A stretch of DNA of 64,000 bases, taken from Folioceros fuciformis (Eukaryota). Location: positions 1-64,000 of the forward strand of contig JBNGIO010005980.1 in assembly GCA_049999805.1 (NCBI GenBank), in the 5' to 3' direction. The stretch's first letter is position 1, and every line of letters begins with the position of its first letter. Made by a program: the position numbers and the translations under genes. Under the pieces are notes generated by a model. That model saw only the letters and a program-made list of their open reading frames with translations. It searched no databases and was not told the origin of the DNA. Shown one piece after another: positions 12,030 to 23,399 of this stretch.

Positions 12030-12520
12030 GGTGTCACATGGGCTGCAATATCACAGGGTTTCAAATCCCCTCCTTCCTACTTTTCCAAAGCTTTCTGAAG
12101 TACGTGTGCGTGTTACGTTGCAAAGTGTCCTCTTGTGAACTCAAATTTTGGTACCTCCCGCCTATCAAATGGTGTGAAAGCATCCATGCGACGACGATTT
12201 ACCTTGTGGGCATACTTAGCAATTCGGAACACCCACGTCTACATTGTTGCTCAACTGTTGTGCACTGACTTGTCGAGCGTGGTGTGACTTGGGCTGCTGT
12301 ATCAGAGTGATTCAAAGCCTCTCCTACTTGCTTTTCGAAATCTTGCAACTTGTAAGTTGCGTACGCGTAGTTGCACCCCATCCTATTGGAAGCTCGAATC
12401 TTGATGCCCTCTCTCAAACAGTGTCAAAGCATCCCTGCGGAGACAATTTTCCTTGTGGGCACACCTAGCAAGCCCGATCAGGTAAGTTCAGAAACCGTTG
12501 ATCTCAAGAAGGTCATGAAC
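12030..12520 (+). pseudogene. Highly decayed LRR-like remnant
   Basis: Repeated peptides WCESIHATTIYLVGILSNSEHPRLHCCS, FKASPTCFSKSCNL and QCQSIPAETIFLVGTPSKPDQ resemble LxxLxLxxC plant NLR-type LRRs. There are many stops. Confidence 0.35.
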
Positions 12521-12814
12521 GATGACTCTTAGGGAGGAGGTACGCTTTGTTTCAGAAGGCCTAACGCTGCATTTTCTGGTAAGTTACACCCAAGGCTGAG
12601 GAGGTGCTGTGCCTTCCATATCGCGATACACCTAAGGCTGATGAAAGTGGTCATAGGGGAGACGACTAAGGCATGACGACTTGCTGATCTCTTCCGCTGT
12701 CATCAAGACCAGGTAGTCCACTGTCGAACACGCAGAATCGTATTACAGAATTTTTCAGATCTTCCTCGGGAGATCTAGCTTGCATCTACTTTTCTCAACC
12801 ACGTCTTCTCAACC

Positions 12815-13648
12815 TCAGATATCCCATAAGGACTTGCCACTCGTGGTAACAACAAGAAAGTCAATCCATTGTGACCTAATCCTTTGTCGCAACTTCAGCA
12901 TCACCCGAGACCAAAAATAAATAGGGAGGAAACCGGGAGCCGTGAACGACACGCAGAATCCGAACACGCCCAAAACCCGAAGACGTAAGTTGATCGTCTT
13001 GGGCAATATTCCCTTCACTCCCTCACACAATCGAGGCAACCACACCACATCAGCAAACAGGCACACTAGCCCAGCCCCGTAATGTCCAGTATGAAAAGGA
13101 AACTGAGGCCTCCACGCAAAGATATGAAGTACTAATGTGGTCCCTTCTCCGGCCGGCATGGGTAGCCAATAGACACTAAGCAACTGTACAACTTTACTGC
13201 GCCATATAAAAACTCCAAGAAAGGACTGGCCCGCGTCGGATGTGAGAGAGACACACCACCTTCCCCTCTCCAGCTGTCCTGCGCCAACTATCAAGACGTC
13301 AGTCCAACAGTGACAAGTTCGCACCAGCCTCCAATCACTCTCATTCAACACGAGCCTTTGCGTACAGTTGTGACGACTACCTTCCAATCAGCGGCTCTTT
13401 CCTGAACGCGATCCCGAACTTTTTCCAGAGCTGGATCTGCCGGTCCCTCTTGAACTGAGACCAGGATCATTGTTGCGAGCCACAGCTGTGACATAAGCGC
13501 TTGGGTTTTCCAGAGCCGGCCATCTTTCTGTGGGCGCCCACGAAGCACGGTACTCGGTGTAAGCCGTGGCATGAGCAGCGTTCTCCGGAGAGGTCTTGCT
13601 CAGATACGTCTGCGCGCTCTTATCCATCCATTCCGGAGCGTCCGCCAT
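12815..13648 (-). pseudogene. Decayed ORF of unrecognised family (second copy), with one in-frame TGA at 13388-13390
   Basis: ORFs 13388-13696 and 12815-13387 are contiguous in one frame: MADAPEWMDKSAQTYLSKTSPENAAHATAYTEYRASWAPTERWPALENPSAYVTAVARNNDP.... The other copy has GGA where this one has TGA. Confidence 0.5.
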
Positions 13649-14197
13649 GTCCACCCAAGCACCAACAAGCTTGCAGAACAGAAACTTCGCCGCCACACAG
13701 CCGCCAAATCTTCACCTGGCTTTCTGTTCACACATACTTGCGCATTGGGGTTAGGTAGGTGTGAAGATGCCCTAAAAAAGCACCGGTTCACCTCCCGTGT
13801 ACATTCAGATGTATAAGCGGTCTGTCCGTAATCGCATTGAGGTGTCGCATGTGCCCATCTCCATGTTGCTTGGCAGCATTCCCGTTCATCATTGACACGT
13901 GGGTCGGAGATTTCGGAACTTTTTGAAGTGTTCAATATTTGGCCACATCGGTAGACTCAATTGCTTTAGAATGTTTAGACATGTTACATCAAACAGATTA
14001 CTTTTACAGATTCTTAGACTTCTATATTATGGAATATGCAAAATTCAGGGTTTAGGGTAGGTGGGAGAGGTGGATCCCCTTTGTAGGGGATAGGTGGGAA
14101 ATATGGACCATGTTTAAAAATAGAACAACCTTGCAACCGGGCAATACTTTGGAGTTACCTCGCGCATGAGTTGTCATCCAAGTAGGTAACCATTACA

Positions 14198-14318
14198 AAC
14201 TTATTGCCTATGGAACATGTAGAAGATGAACTTGTTGCCTATGGAACATGTAGAAGATGAACTTGTTGCCTATGGAACATGTAGAAGATGAACTTATTAC
14301 CAATGGAGTATGTAGAAG
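14198..14318. repeat. 31-bp tandem repeat, 3 copies plus a degenerate fourth
   Basis: Unit AACTTGTTGCCTATGGAACATGTAGAAGATG. Confidence 0.9.
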
Positions 14319-15747
14319 TCGAAGATATGGAGGATCTCACCCTCTAGCACAAGCTACATCTCTCTATCCCTAGCTTTGGTAGCAAATTGAACACAAGCTA
14401 GCATAATGGCCTGGTGGATGGTTATGTTGACAAGTATGTTTTGCTAAACCTAAGAAACTTAAACCGCAAACATTGGGAAGATTTTGCCCTCGAGGTTTAG
14501 CAACAATGTGCTTTTTGGGTTGTAGGCCTCAAGTTCAAACAAAAAGTCAAAAACTTGAAGGTGTCTAAGAAGGAGAAGGATAATGTTTTTGAACTTTACA
14601 TGCCTAAGTCTATATTTCGAGTTGGTTGGCACACACTTGCTCCTTGGGTGCCATTGCATGGAGCAGCAAGCTCCCAATACATAGTTGTTCGTGCTAGCTA
14701 GCTCTTATGCACACGCTAGCCCATTCTTAACATGCACTTGTGTGCTTTAGCGGGTTCTTGGCACGCAATTTTGTGCACCCATAGGTTTTTGGCATGCACG
14801 TGTGAGTAACAGCCAGTTGTTCTTTGCGCATACTTGTGTGCGCCGACCAGTACTTCATGCACACAAGTACATGCTAAGAATTAGCTAGCACACAATTGTG
14901 GAGGGATTCAAGGTTATTAATGTGGTTCATATTACTTGTGCACTTCTAAAGGATCCTATTTTTGGAACATGAAAAGGAAACATTTGTGTGACTAGTATAC
15001 AATGGTAAGTTTTAAGCAATATGAACAAGGCCAACGCGTATTCCTATGTACCACTTTCTAGAAATTGATATGAATTATTCAATAAGGGCGCAACTCACTC
15101 AACAAAGCTTGAGAGCCTGTTTAAGTCTTAGAGAAGATCATAGAGACATTTGTCCTTGGTCTCCTATGATTGTTTCTGGAGTCTCTCATATTTGCGCATG
15201 CCCATAGCAACCTTGTTGCTACAAGCACCCATAGGTTTAATAGTGTCTCCCCCCTCCTTTTCTGGGGTCCTACCATATTCCTTAGACTAAGAAGCCTCCA
15301 ACACCCATCTCCACTAAGACCTCAAGGGAGTCAATAGTTCATTTGCCTCTATGAGGTGAAGATATGCAAAGTACTAAGATTCCTTAACATAAGCTCCATT
15401 GAAGTATCTTACTTCCTTCTCGTCTTTGCTAGCCAAGACCCCCCATGAAGCTAAAATGGAGAATATCTTCATTTGTAAACTGTGAATCTTCCTGCTAAGA
15501 AAAATGGCTGCCCCGGATCATGGCTGCCCCGGATCATGCAACACAAGTGCGGTGGCAAGGCATGAGAAGAGATCAAGCACGTTGGTAAGAAAATGTGTTC
15601 AAGCATAAGCATAAAAGAGAGCTTTTAAAGGGAGGAATAGCTTGAGCTATATACACAAAGGATAAACGCTTATTAAACCATCATAACTAAATGTAGAACT
15701 AACTCTTAACCTAGGGTAGAAGTCTTAACTACAAACTAGGTTTTCTA

Positions 15748-18012
15748 TCAACATAAACACTAAGTATCACAAACTCAACACCATTCCACAAGACATATAC
15801 GCTGGTGTCCGCATCAAGACAAAGAAAGCCAACTTCTATGAGCTTGTGAAACACCTCATACTAGGCCCTGGGAGCCTGTTTAAGCCTATACAAGGTCTTA
15901 AGGAGTTTACACACCTTGTCCTCATCAATGATAAAACCTTCTGGTTGACACATGTATATATCTTCTTCAAGCAAGCCATTCAGAAATGTTGTTTTTACAT
16001 CCAATTGATGCACAAGGAGATTGTAATGGGAAGCTATAGCTAGGAGGATTCTTACAAATGTAGACTTGACAACGGGTGCAAAAGTCTCATTGTAATCGAG
16101 TCCTGGAATATGGCTATAGCCCTTAGCAACAAGAAGCACTTTATACCTTCCTACAATGCCATCGGTGTTGAGTTTTTTCTTAAAGACCCATTTGCATTCT
16201 ACAAGCTTTCTACCTTTAGGAAGGTCAACTAGTTTCCCAGTTTGATTTTTAAGGAGTGACTGATATTCAAATTCTATGGCAGCTTTCCAAAAAACAGACT
16301 CTAGACCTTCAATGGCTTCTTTATATGTGGCTAGCTCGCCTAATGAAACTGAAACACTTAGAACTGTGGCTTGGCTAGTATCTGAAGTGACAAGGCCAAC
16401 TTGAAAAGGTGGTTTTGTCCACTCGTGCATAGGTCTCCTAAGGTGAGTAGAACGTCTAAGGGGAGCCACTGCTTCAGGATTAGGGGTGGCATCTACAATA
16501 GCTTCCGGTTCGGGTTGGATTGAGACAACTGGCTCGACAAGTGTATCAGCAGCTTGATTAGATTCAACCTCGTCTGGTGTACCTGAACTATCAGCAAAAT
16601 CGTCATTATTGTTGCTAGAAGTTGGAGGAGGCTGTATGATGTTGTTGTTGTCCCCCTTGTAATCCGAAGAAGAAGACTCCTCATCATCATAAAAACTGAC
16701 TTCATCTAGTAGAATTGAATCAGAATGTGCAACACCTTGTATGGTAGTTGGTTGTGGATCAGCTTGAAGCTGGAGTTTAGGGTTGCTGATAGAAAAACAC
16801 TCGGTAGTTGTGGTCTTGTGCAAGCTTCATGACGGACATTAAGTTCTTAGTCATTGAAGGCACATAAAGAACATCAGTAAGAATGAGGTGAGCAGAGTTT
16901 GGCAGGAGCATTGTTACAGAACCAGTTCCCTTGATGGAAGGCACACTATCATCACCTAGAAGCACAAACTATTTAGAATCGCCAGCTGCAGTGAAACTGG
17001 AAAAAGCAATCTTGTCAAAACAAATATGACTAGTGGCACAAGAATCTAAGTACCAAGAACTAGGCTGGGTTTTAATGGTGGATAAATAGACTGCCAAAAT
17101 GGTTGGCTGCTTAGCCTTGCTCACTGTAAGATTGCTTTCTGTTGGAGGACTATCACGTTGAGGCTCTCCGTTCTTCTTCTTACAGTAATCCCGTTCATAA
17201 TGGCCGGGAATTTTACACCAGTTGCACACAAAAGTCTTCTTGGTGTTGTTGGTGTTCAATCGTTGGGTTGAGTGGGAAAGCCACGTCCTCGTCCACAGCC
17301 TCGTCCTTTGGAAGAATAGAGCACTCTCGCACCACTGTTTGAACTTGAGGCACGAGGCTTGTGAAAAGTGTGTGCTCGTTCCTCAGCAAGAAGTGCTCCT
17401 ATTACTTCTTCAAGAGTGACAGTAGGAACCTAGCCTGTTGCAGCTGCCTTAATTGCAGCATGTATTGTGGCATTCTGGCTACCAACAAACCTGTTGTAGC
17501 TCTCTGGCAAGGAGGCTCACTGCTGCCTGTACCTCTATAAGCACTGTTCCACAATGCAAGGTTCGCCCTATGTGTCTTGTACTTGTTGATGTAGGCCTCC
17601 ACTAGCTCATTTTCTTTCGTCCTCAAATTGAAAAAAATCCCTGTACGCATGAACAAGGGATGCAATGCTCTTGTCTTGATAAATGGACTCAAACACCTTC
17701 CACACGTCATTAGCAGTCTTGGCTCCAATGGTGTGGGGCATCATGGTTCGATCTAAGGCAGCAATGAGTATAGAATGGGCACGCCTATCCTTTCGCTCCC
17801 AAGTTAGGATTTCGTCTGCGGATCTAGCAGGTACAGTGACTTTGGGTTTTGTTCCATCTACTATGGAAAACAGCTCATTCTCCTCAAAGATCTGAGTGAG
17901 TCTCATGGCCCAGATTTGATAGTCTGTCCCATTGAATCTATTGTTGTCACGAAAGTCTATTTTCAAAGGAACGAGGGTAGTTGCAAGTGCAGCAGGCAGT
18001 TATGCTGCCATA
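15748..18012 (-). mobile_element. Internally deleted, truncated Ty1/copia retrotransposon (gag, zinc knuckle, protease, partial RT; integrase missing)
   Basis: Gag FNGTDYQIW..AKTANDVW; CNWCKIPGHYERDY knuckle; protease WYLDSCATSH; LTDVLYVPSMTKNLMSV; RT CKWVFKKK..RYKVLLVAKGY..QLDVKTTFLNG..LYRLKQAPRA..ILSVYVD, after which similarity stops. There are frameshifts and stops. Confidence 0.9.
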
Positions 18013-18724
18013 CTTGATGGGTTGATGATGGATTGAAGGGCTGACTGAAGTCATAGCTGTCTAGCTCTCTCTAGTAGATTAAAAGGGGAGAAATCCCAAA
18101 CGGGGTATGTGTGAGAATCAGCAAATAAGAAGGAGATGTCAAGAACATCCTCATTATCTTCATGATCTGGCGCTTGCATAGAAAGGCAGCACGTCACAAC
18201 ATAGTGCAGGGCATTATGTCACTAGGTGAGCTCGAACGAGGAAGGTCTGAGGTGAGGTAATTCTCACATAAGATTTGTAGTGAAAGGATGCCCTCGCAGA
18301 GCTTCTCAATGAGAAGTCTCTTGACTTCACACTTAACTGGAGCAACACGAACATTTGGATTGAAGGCATTGAACCTCAATGGCCATGTACAAGCCCAAAT
18401 AGTGATATACATAGCCTATATCAAAATAATTATCTAAATTAAGATAGAATTAGATGCTAGGATTAACCTAAATGGATAGGAAACACATTTGACTGAACAT
18501 GATAAAATCTAGTAAAAACGAAACTTGGAAGAAAAAGGATGAAGTCGTGGTGTATAGTCCATTGTGGAAGTGACCAAGAATGTAAAGCAAAACGGTTGTG
18601 CCGAGGCTTTCTTGGCTTGACCCATAGTCTTATACAAGTAGCCTTGTAAGGCATGTACCAATTGGTACATTGTGGATGGATGTTTTCAAACATCCATTTC
18701 TAAGTACTATTCTTAGTTGATGAT

Positions 18725-19095
18725 GTAGCAAGAGGCTACCTCTTTGTGAAAAGATGGAGAATTATTTTTGCAAGAGGGCCACCTCTTTGCATAGCAACTT
18801 TTGCTACCTCTTTAAGTGAAGATTTAGAATTCTTGTTGGAAGAGGGCAACCTCTCTTTGTATAGCAATGAAGATGCGGTATGAACACAAAGCTACCTCTT
18901 TGTAGAATGATGAAGACATGTTGTCATGAAGAGGCTACCTCTTTGCAAAGTGATGAAGCTTGTTTTGTACAGTGATGAAGACAAGTTGTCATGAGGAGGA
19001 TGAAGACAAGTTGTCATGAGGAGGATGAAGACAAGTTGTCATGAGGAGGATGAAGACAGTTGTCATGAGGAGGCTACCTCTTTGCAGAGTGATGA
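18725..19095. repeat. Cluster of short repeats (GAGGCTACCTCTTTG motifs; 21-bp GATGAAGACAAGTTGTCATGAGGA-type tandem)
   Basis: The motifs recur directly in the sequence; probably TE-derived. Confidence 0.75.
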
Positions 19096-19277
19096 AAATT
19101 GTGTTGTCTAAAGCCTGAGATGGAGATGCATTGTCCCAAGAAGGTAAGGGGAGAATTGCTGTTAATGATGGAAACTTTGTTGTAGAAAGAAAGCTACCGC
19201 TTTGTAAAGTGATAGAAAAAAATTGTCCAAAGAAGGCTAGCCAAAATCCCTGTTGTTGCAAATGTTATAAGCTTTGG

Positions 19278-19501
19278 AACATTCCTTAATAAGCTTACAA
19301 GAGTCCTTGCCTCTAACTCTATAACATTCCTTAATAGCTTACAAGAGTCCTTGCCTCTAACTCTATAACATTTCTTAATAAGCTTACAAGAGTCCTTGCC
19401 TCCAACTCTATAATATTCCTTAATAAGCTTACAAGAGTCCTTGCCTCTAACTCTATAACATTCCTTAATAAGCTTACAAGAGTCCTTGGCTCTAACTCTA
19501 T
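19278..19501. repeat. 45-bp tandem repeat, 5 copies
   Basis: Unit AACATTCCTTAATAAGCTTACAAGAGTCCTTGCCTCTAACTCTAT; copies are near-identical and directly adjacent, with no unique spacers. Confidence 0.95.
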
Positions 19502-22500
19502 AGTTCTTAAGAACAAGGGCATGAAACATGGCAATCTTTGCATAGGAGAGTACTTGTAGACCTTGCAAACCTTGCCTATTGTACAACCATCCAACCTAGC
19601 TTTGAAGGTTGATGATGATGTGCTCACAAATGAAGTTTTCAATAGGATTCACATACCCTCATCAACAATACAACAATACAAATTTACTTGTGAAAAAATG
19701 ACCATTGAAAAATAATTTATCAATATCTCAATATTAAAAGATATAGATTTTTAAAATAAAATACCTTTAATATAATAAAATTTTATGTAATATATGCTCA
19801 TATTAAAAAGCTTGTAATTTTAAACTAGAAAAATATTATTTAATCATGCATATAGACATATGTACATGAATATTTAAAATATTTAAAATATATAGTATAT
19901 ATTATTTATATAGTATTCAGATATTATTAAATGATTATTTAAGAAATAAATAAAACTGGTATGATTATTAGTTGCTAGAAGAAGACATGTTAGGCTTAAA
20001 TTGCTGCCAAGATAGTGTGCATAAGGAGAGTGTGGTGTGTTACAAGGCGCAGCAAGCAATCCCGTAACTGAACGTCTGTCCAAGTGCACTATATTATACG
20101 TCTGCTCCTCCTCTTTTGTCTGCTCGCAATGGGTGCAGACCACAAATCAAAATCACGAAAAACCAAGTCTACCAGCTCCGTCTGCGCGCACTGTAGGAGA
20201 GGACAATGGAGCCCTGGTCGTGTCTGTCTCTTCTCTGAGCTGTGTCTTGAGCCAGTGTGGAAGACATGGTGCAGCAGCTAGTGCGAGCGACAGAGCGAGG
20301 GCTTGGACGCACCCAGGGCAAGTGCGGTCAAGGTTCTTGGCAGATGCTGGCCAAAGATGCGCAGACATTGTAGCCTAAAAGAGTACTTGTTCTTGTCTTC
20401 AGGAGTCGTGAGTATTCTTCCAACCGTATCCCGGAAGCGCTTAGCCAAGTGGTAGAGATGTGTATCCTGGAAGTGACTGTCCTCAGGCGTCACAAGACGT
20501 CACCTGGGATGGCAATCTGGCTCTGCAGCTGAGTGGTAGGGTGAAGAGAGGCTGAATGGAGGTATTCAGGAGCATCCTTCACGTGGTATCCTGGCACTGG
20601 GGTGCCTTTTCAGCTGCTTTTCGCGTTGTTTTTGTGGCTGGAAATGGCGGTGCAACTTCTGGTGCAGCTTCTGGGGCGGTCGGCCGGGGCTCTGAGACCT
20701 AGCGTTACACACTTGCGAAGCCAGGCAGATGTACTTTTCATCGTTTTAGGAAGTGTTGGATCTGTCCACTGTTGACATGCTAGCAGAGATAAGGTGCAGT
20801 GAAGCCTGCGAGTCTGAGAGCATCAGCTGGCAGAATACAATGGCCGGAAGGCCGCTCGTTACGTCATGCAGTCCTCCTTTGCCAGTGCCAGTGCCGCTGC
20901 CACTGGCCGGTGGAGTGTGCTCCGCGAAGGTGTGCACACGCTGGGAGCCTGAGGTGGTAATCGTTTCCTTGCCAACCTAAAACTGCGACACATCTGTGAG
21001 GAAGATTCTCTTGCTGCGTGGACCGAACAGGTCAGGACCGACCAATCGGTGCGTCATCGTTTTCTGGACTGTCCATGGCTTTGTTCTCGCCACATTAGAG
21101 ACCCTGTGCCAAATTGGAGATGGCAGAGGAATCGCGACCAGAGCTGGAAGGCACGGGAAAGTTTGGGGTGACACCTTCCTATGCATTTGGCAGAACGTAC
21201 TCGGACAGGCCGCATACGACCTCGTCCCGTGAACTGACCATCGTTGGTTGCCTTGCAGGCTGGAGCAGAGCTGTCGCCAGTAGCAGCAGCGCAACGGAAC
21301 AGGAAGGCGAACGGGAAGGGGAACGGGATCTTGATCTTGATCTTGAACGGGGCCTGTAATGTCGCGGCGTCACGGCCAGTCGCGAATTTGCAAGAAGCGT
21401 CAGCGACGGCGAGGCGGGAAATGAGGCAGGCGTGCTACAGTGTCCAGGCCTGGGTCATCATCACAAGTTCCCAAGTACCGCGCCTAAGCTGGCATAATGT
21501 GGAGGGGTCGGGGATGGGGATGAGAGCGCCACGTGGGTGCCTGGAGAGTACTGCACCCAGTTTCCCTGACGCAGTTACGCCCCGGCGTCCAATTGGAGCG
21601 GGTCGTGCTTTGGGGATCTGGCCAGCCCATTGGGCGCGAATCGCTTTCTGCTCTTTTCTGACCGGCCGGCATGTTGATGATATGATGCGGCGTGATGGAC
21701 AGGAGATGCGCGTGCCCTGCTCGTACGTGGCTGTCACGCCGCGAACCCTAATGCGGCAAAGTGCAGTTAAAGCAAAAGAGCAGCAAAGCGGGGCAAGTCG
21801 GGCCCACGCGCCGCGCCACCACGTGACAGTGGGGCCAGCTCGAGTCCACTAGGCCCTAGCCCTAAACCTACTCTAATATAAATCCTCCATCTCCCATCTC
21901 CCGCCTCCCGTCTCCTTGTGTATACCACCACCAAGCCGTTACCCAGACTTCTTGTTACCTGTCGTCATCCGGTGCGCTCCACCTGGTCTCTCCGGGGAAC
22001 TCTCAGGTCCCTGGGACTCTGGCCGGGAAGGGAGCCTGACTGGAGCGGGCCCAAGGTCTCTCCTCATAGGTCACTGCCAGTGCATGGCGTCAATCATTTG
22101 AGGGGCGGCCCTCCCATTGGCTCAGATGACCCGCATTACCTGACTTGCTTAGGGTTGATTAAGGCGCGTTGGCGTGCTTGGTGTCGGTGCGTCAGCCTCT
22201 CAGGAAGACCCAAGTGTGGGCGTGCAGGCGTGCAGGCGAAAGCGCAAGCTGTACCGAGCCTGTTGGGAACTATATAAAGCCGCTGCAATCGCGTCCTACT
22301 TCACAGCCATTGTTTCATCCTGCACTGCTTCCTTCGCGCCTCGATGGCACTCGACGTTATCTCGCCATTCGGTCTGGCCCAGACCTTTCGTCTGGCATCG
22401 CCTCCCTCTCAGCGCCTGCTTGCCTGTTGCGACACTTAGCTGGAGGGCGCGTCTCTGAGGCCTCAGTGACACTTGTTCCGTGCGAACGCGCTCGCCTTGT

Positions 22501-22849
22501 GTGTTCCACACTCCACCGAGCGCTGCGTGGAGGCGGCGTTGCAGATGTTGCGTTTCTGGTAGAGGCGTTTGCGGCCACCGGCGAGGCTTCCCGATCGGCC
22601 ATCTCTAAGTGGTCGGCCAACCTTTTGTGCGCGCTTGGGAGGCGTGAATCCTCAAGCGTTCACTACCGTGGACACTACCGTTCAACACTCCGAGATCTCG
22701 TTTGTTTACGTCTCACCTTGCAGCTTTTCCGCGGACCGTACGCGGTCTTCGGTGCCCGGACCGTCGGAGCCTCCACCACGGCGCTGTGAGATTCTCTGGT
22801 GGTGGAAGATTGTGTGCTGATTCTTGGTCCGAGGAAGACGTCCTGGTAC

Positions 22850-23330
22850 GTGCATAACCGTTTCTTTCTCGCATACAATGTATTCCAGAGCTCGGCAGGA
22901 GGCCGCTTTATCCTCTGCGTGTGGACATGTTTGCAACTCGGAGTTCCTGAGTGACACTGAGGTTTCATTCCACCGTTGCCTTTATGGCAAGTGCCTTGGA
23001 TCCTTGGGCGAGTTGTGTGGACGAATTCAACTAAATCGAGTTGCCTGATTAGTTCATGTGGACTCATTCATGCTTTTCGAACCTTGTGGGCAGAGTAGCG
23101 TTCTTGTAGCACACACGATTTGGCTGCTTACAGTACATTTGTATTTGCTGAGTCCAGATAGTCGTGCCTTGCAGTTGGCCTCTGGGGAGCTTCTTCAGGT
23201 GAAAGTGGCAAGCTACGGGGTCGTTAACTCCCTGGGTGACTGAGCCAAGGTACACGATGTCTCTGATCGAACTTTAATTTGAAGGCTGGCAACGCCAATG
23301 TAAAAGTTGACTATGCCAGCCTTTGAATTA
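22850..23330 (+). pseudogene. Possible decayed LRR remnant
   Basis: Fragments IELPD*F, FGCLQYICIC and TMSLIEL*FEG resemble LRR units; they are interrupted by stops. Confidence 0.25.
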
Positions 23331-23399
23331 AAGTTTGATAAGTGTCATCAACATGACTGCTGGCCTGCAGCTTGCGGTTGAGAGGCATCAGATGGTAAC

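Noticed and set aside
19278-19501. Regular 45-bp repeat array as a possible CRISPR (also the 31-, 48- and 59-bp arrays)
   Set aside because: Units are head-to-tail with no unique spacers, there are no cas genes, and the context is eukaryotic; these are ordinary minisatellites.
20030-22800. Several 100-200 aa ORFs (e.g. 21244-21852, 22169-22789) and an RS-rich/hydrophobic peptide at 21179-21373
   Set aside because: No recognisable domain or consistent exon chain; long ORFs are expected by chance at this GC content.
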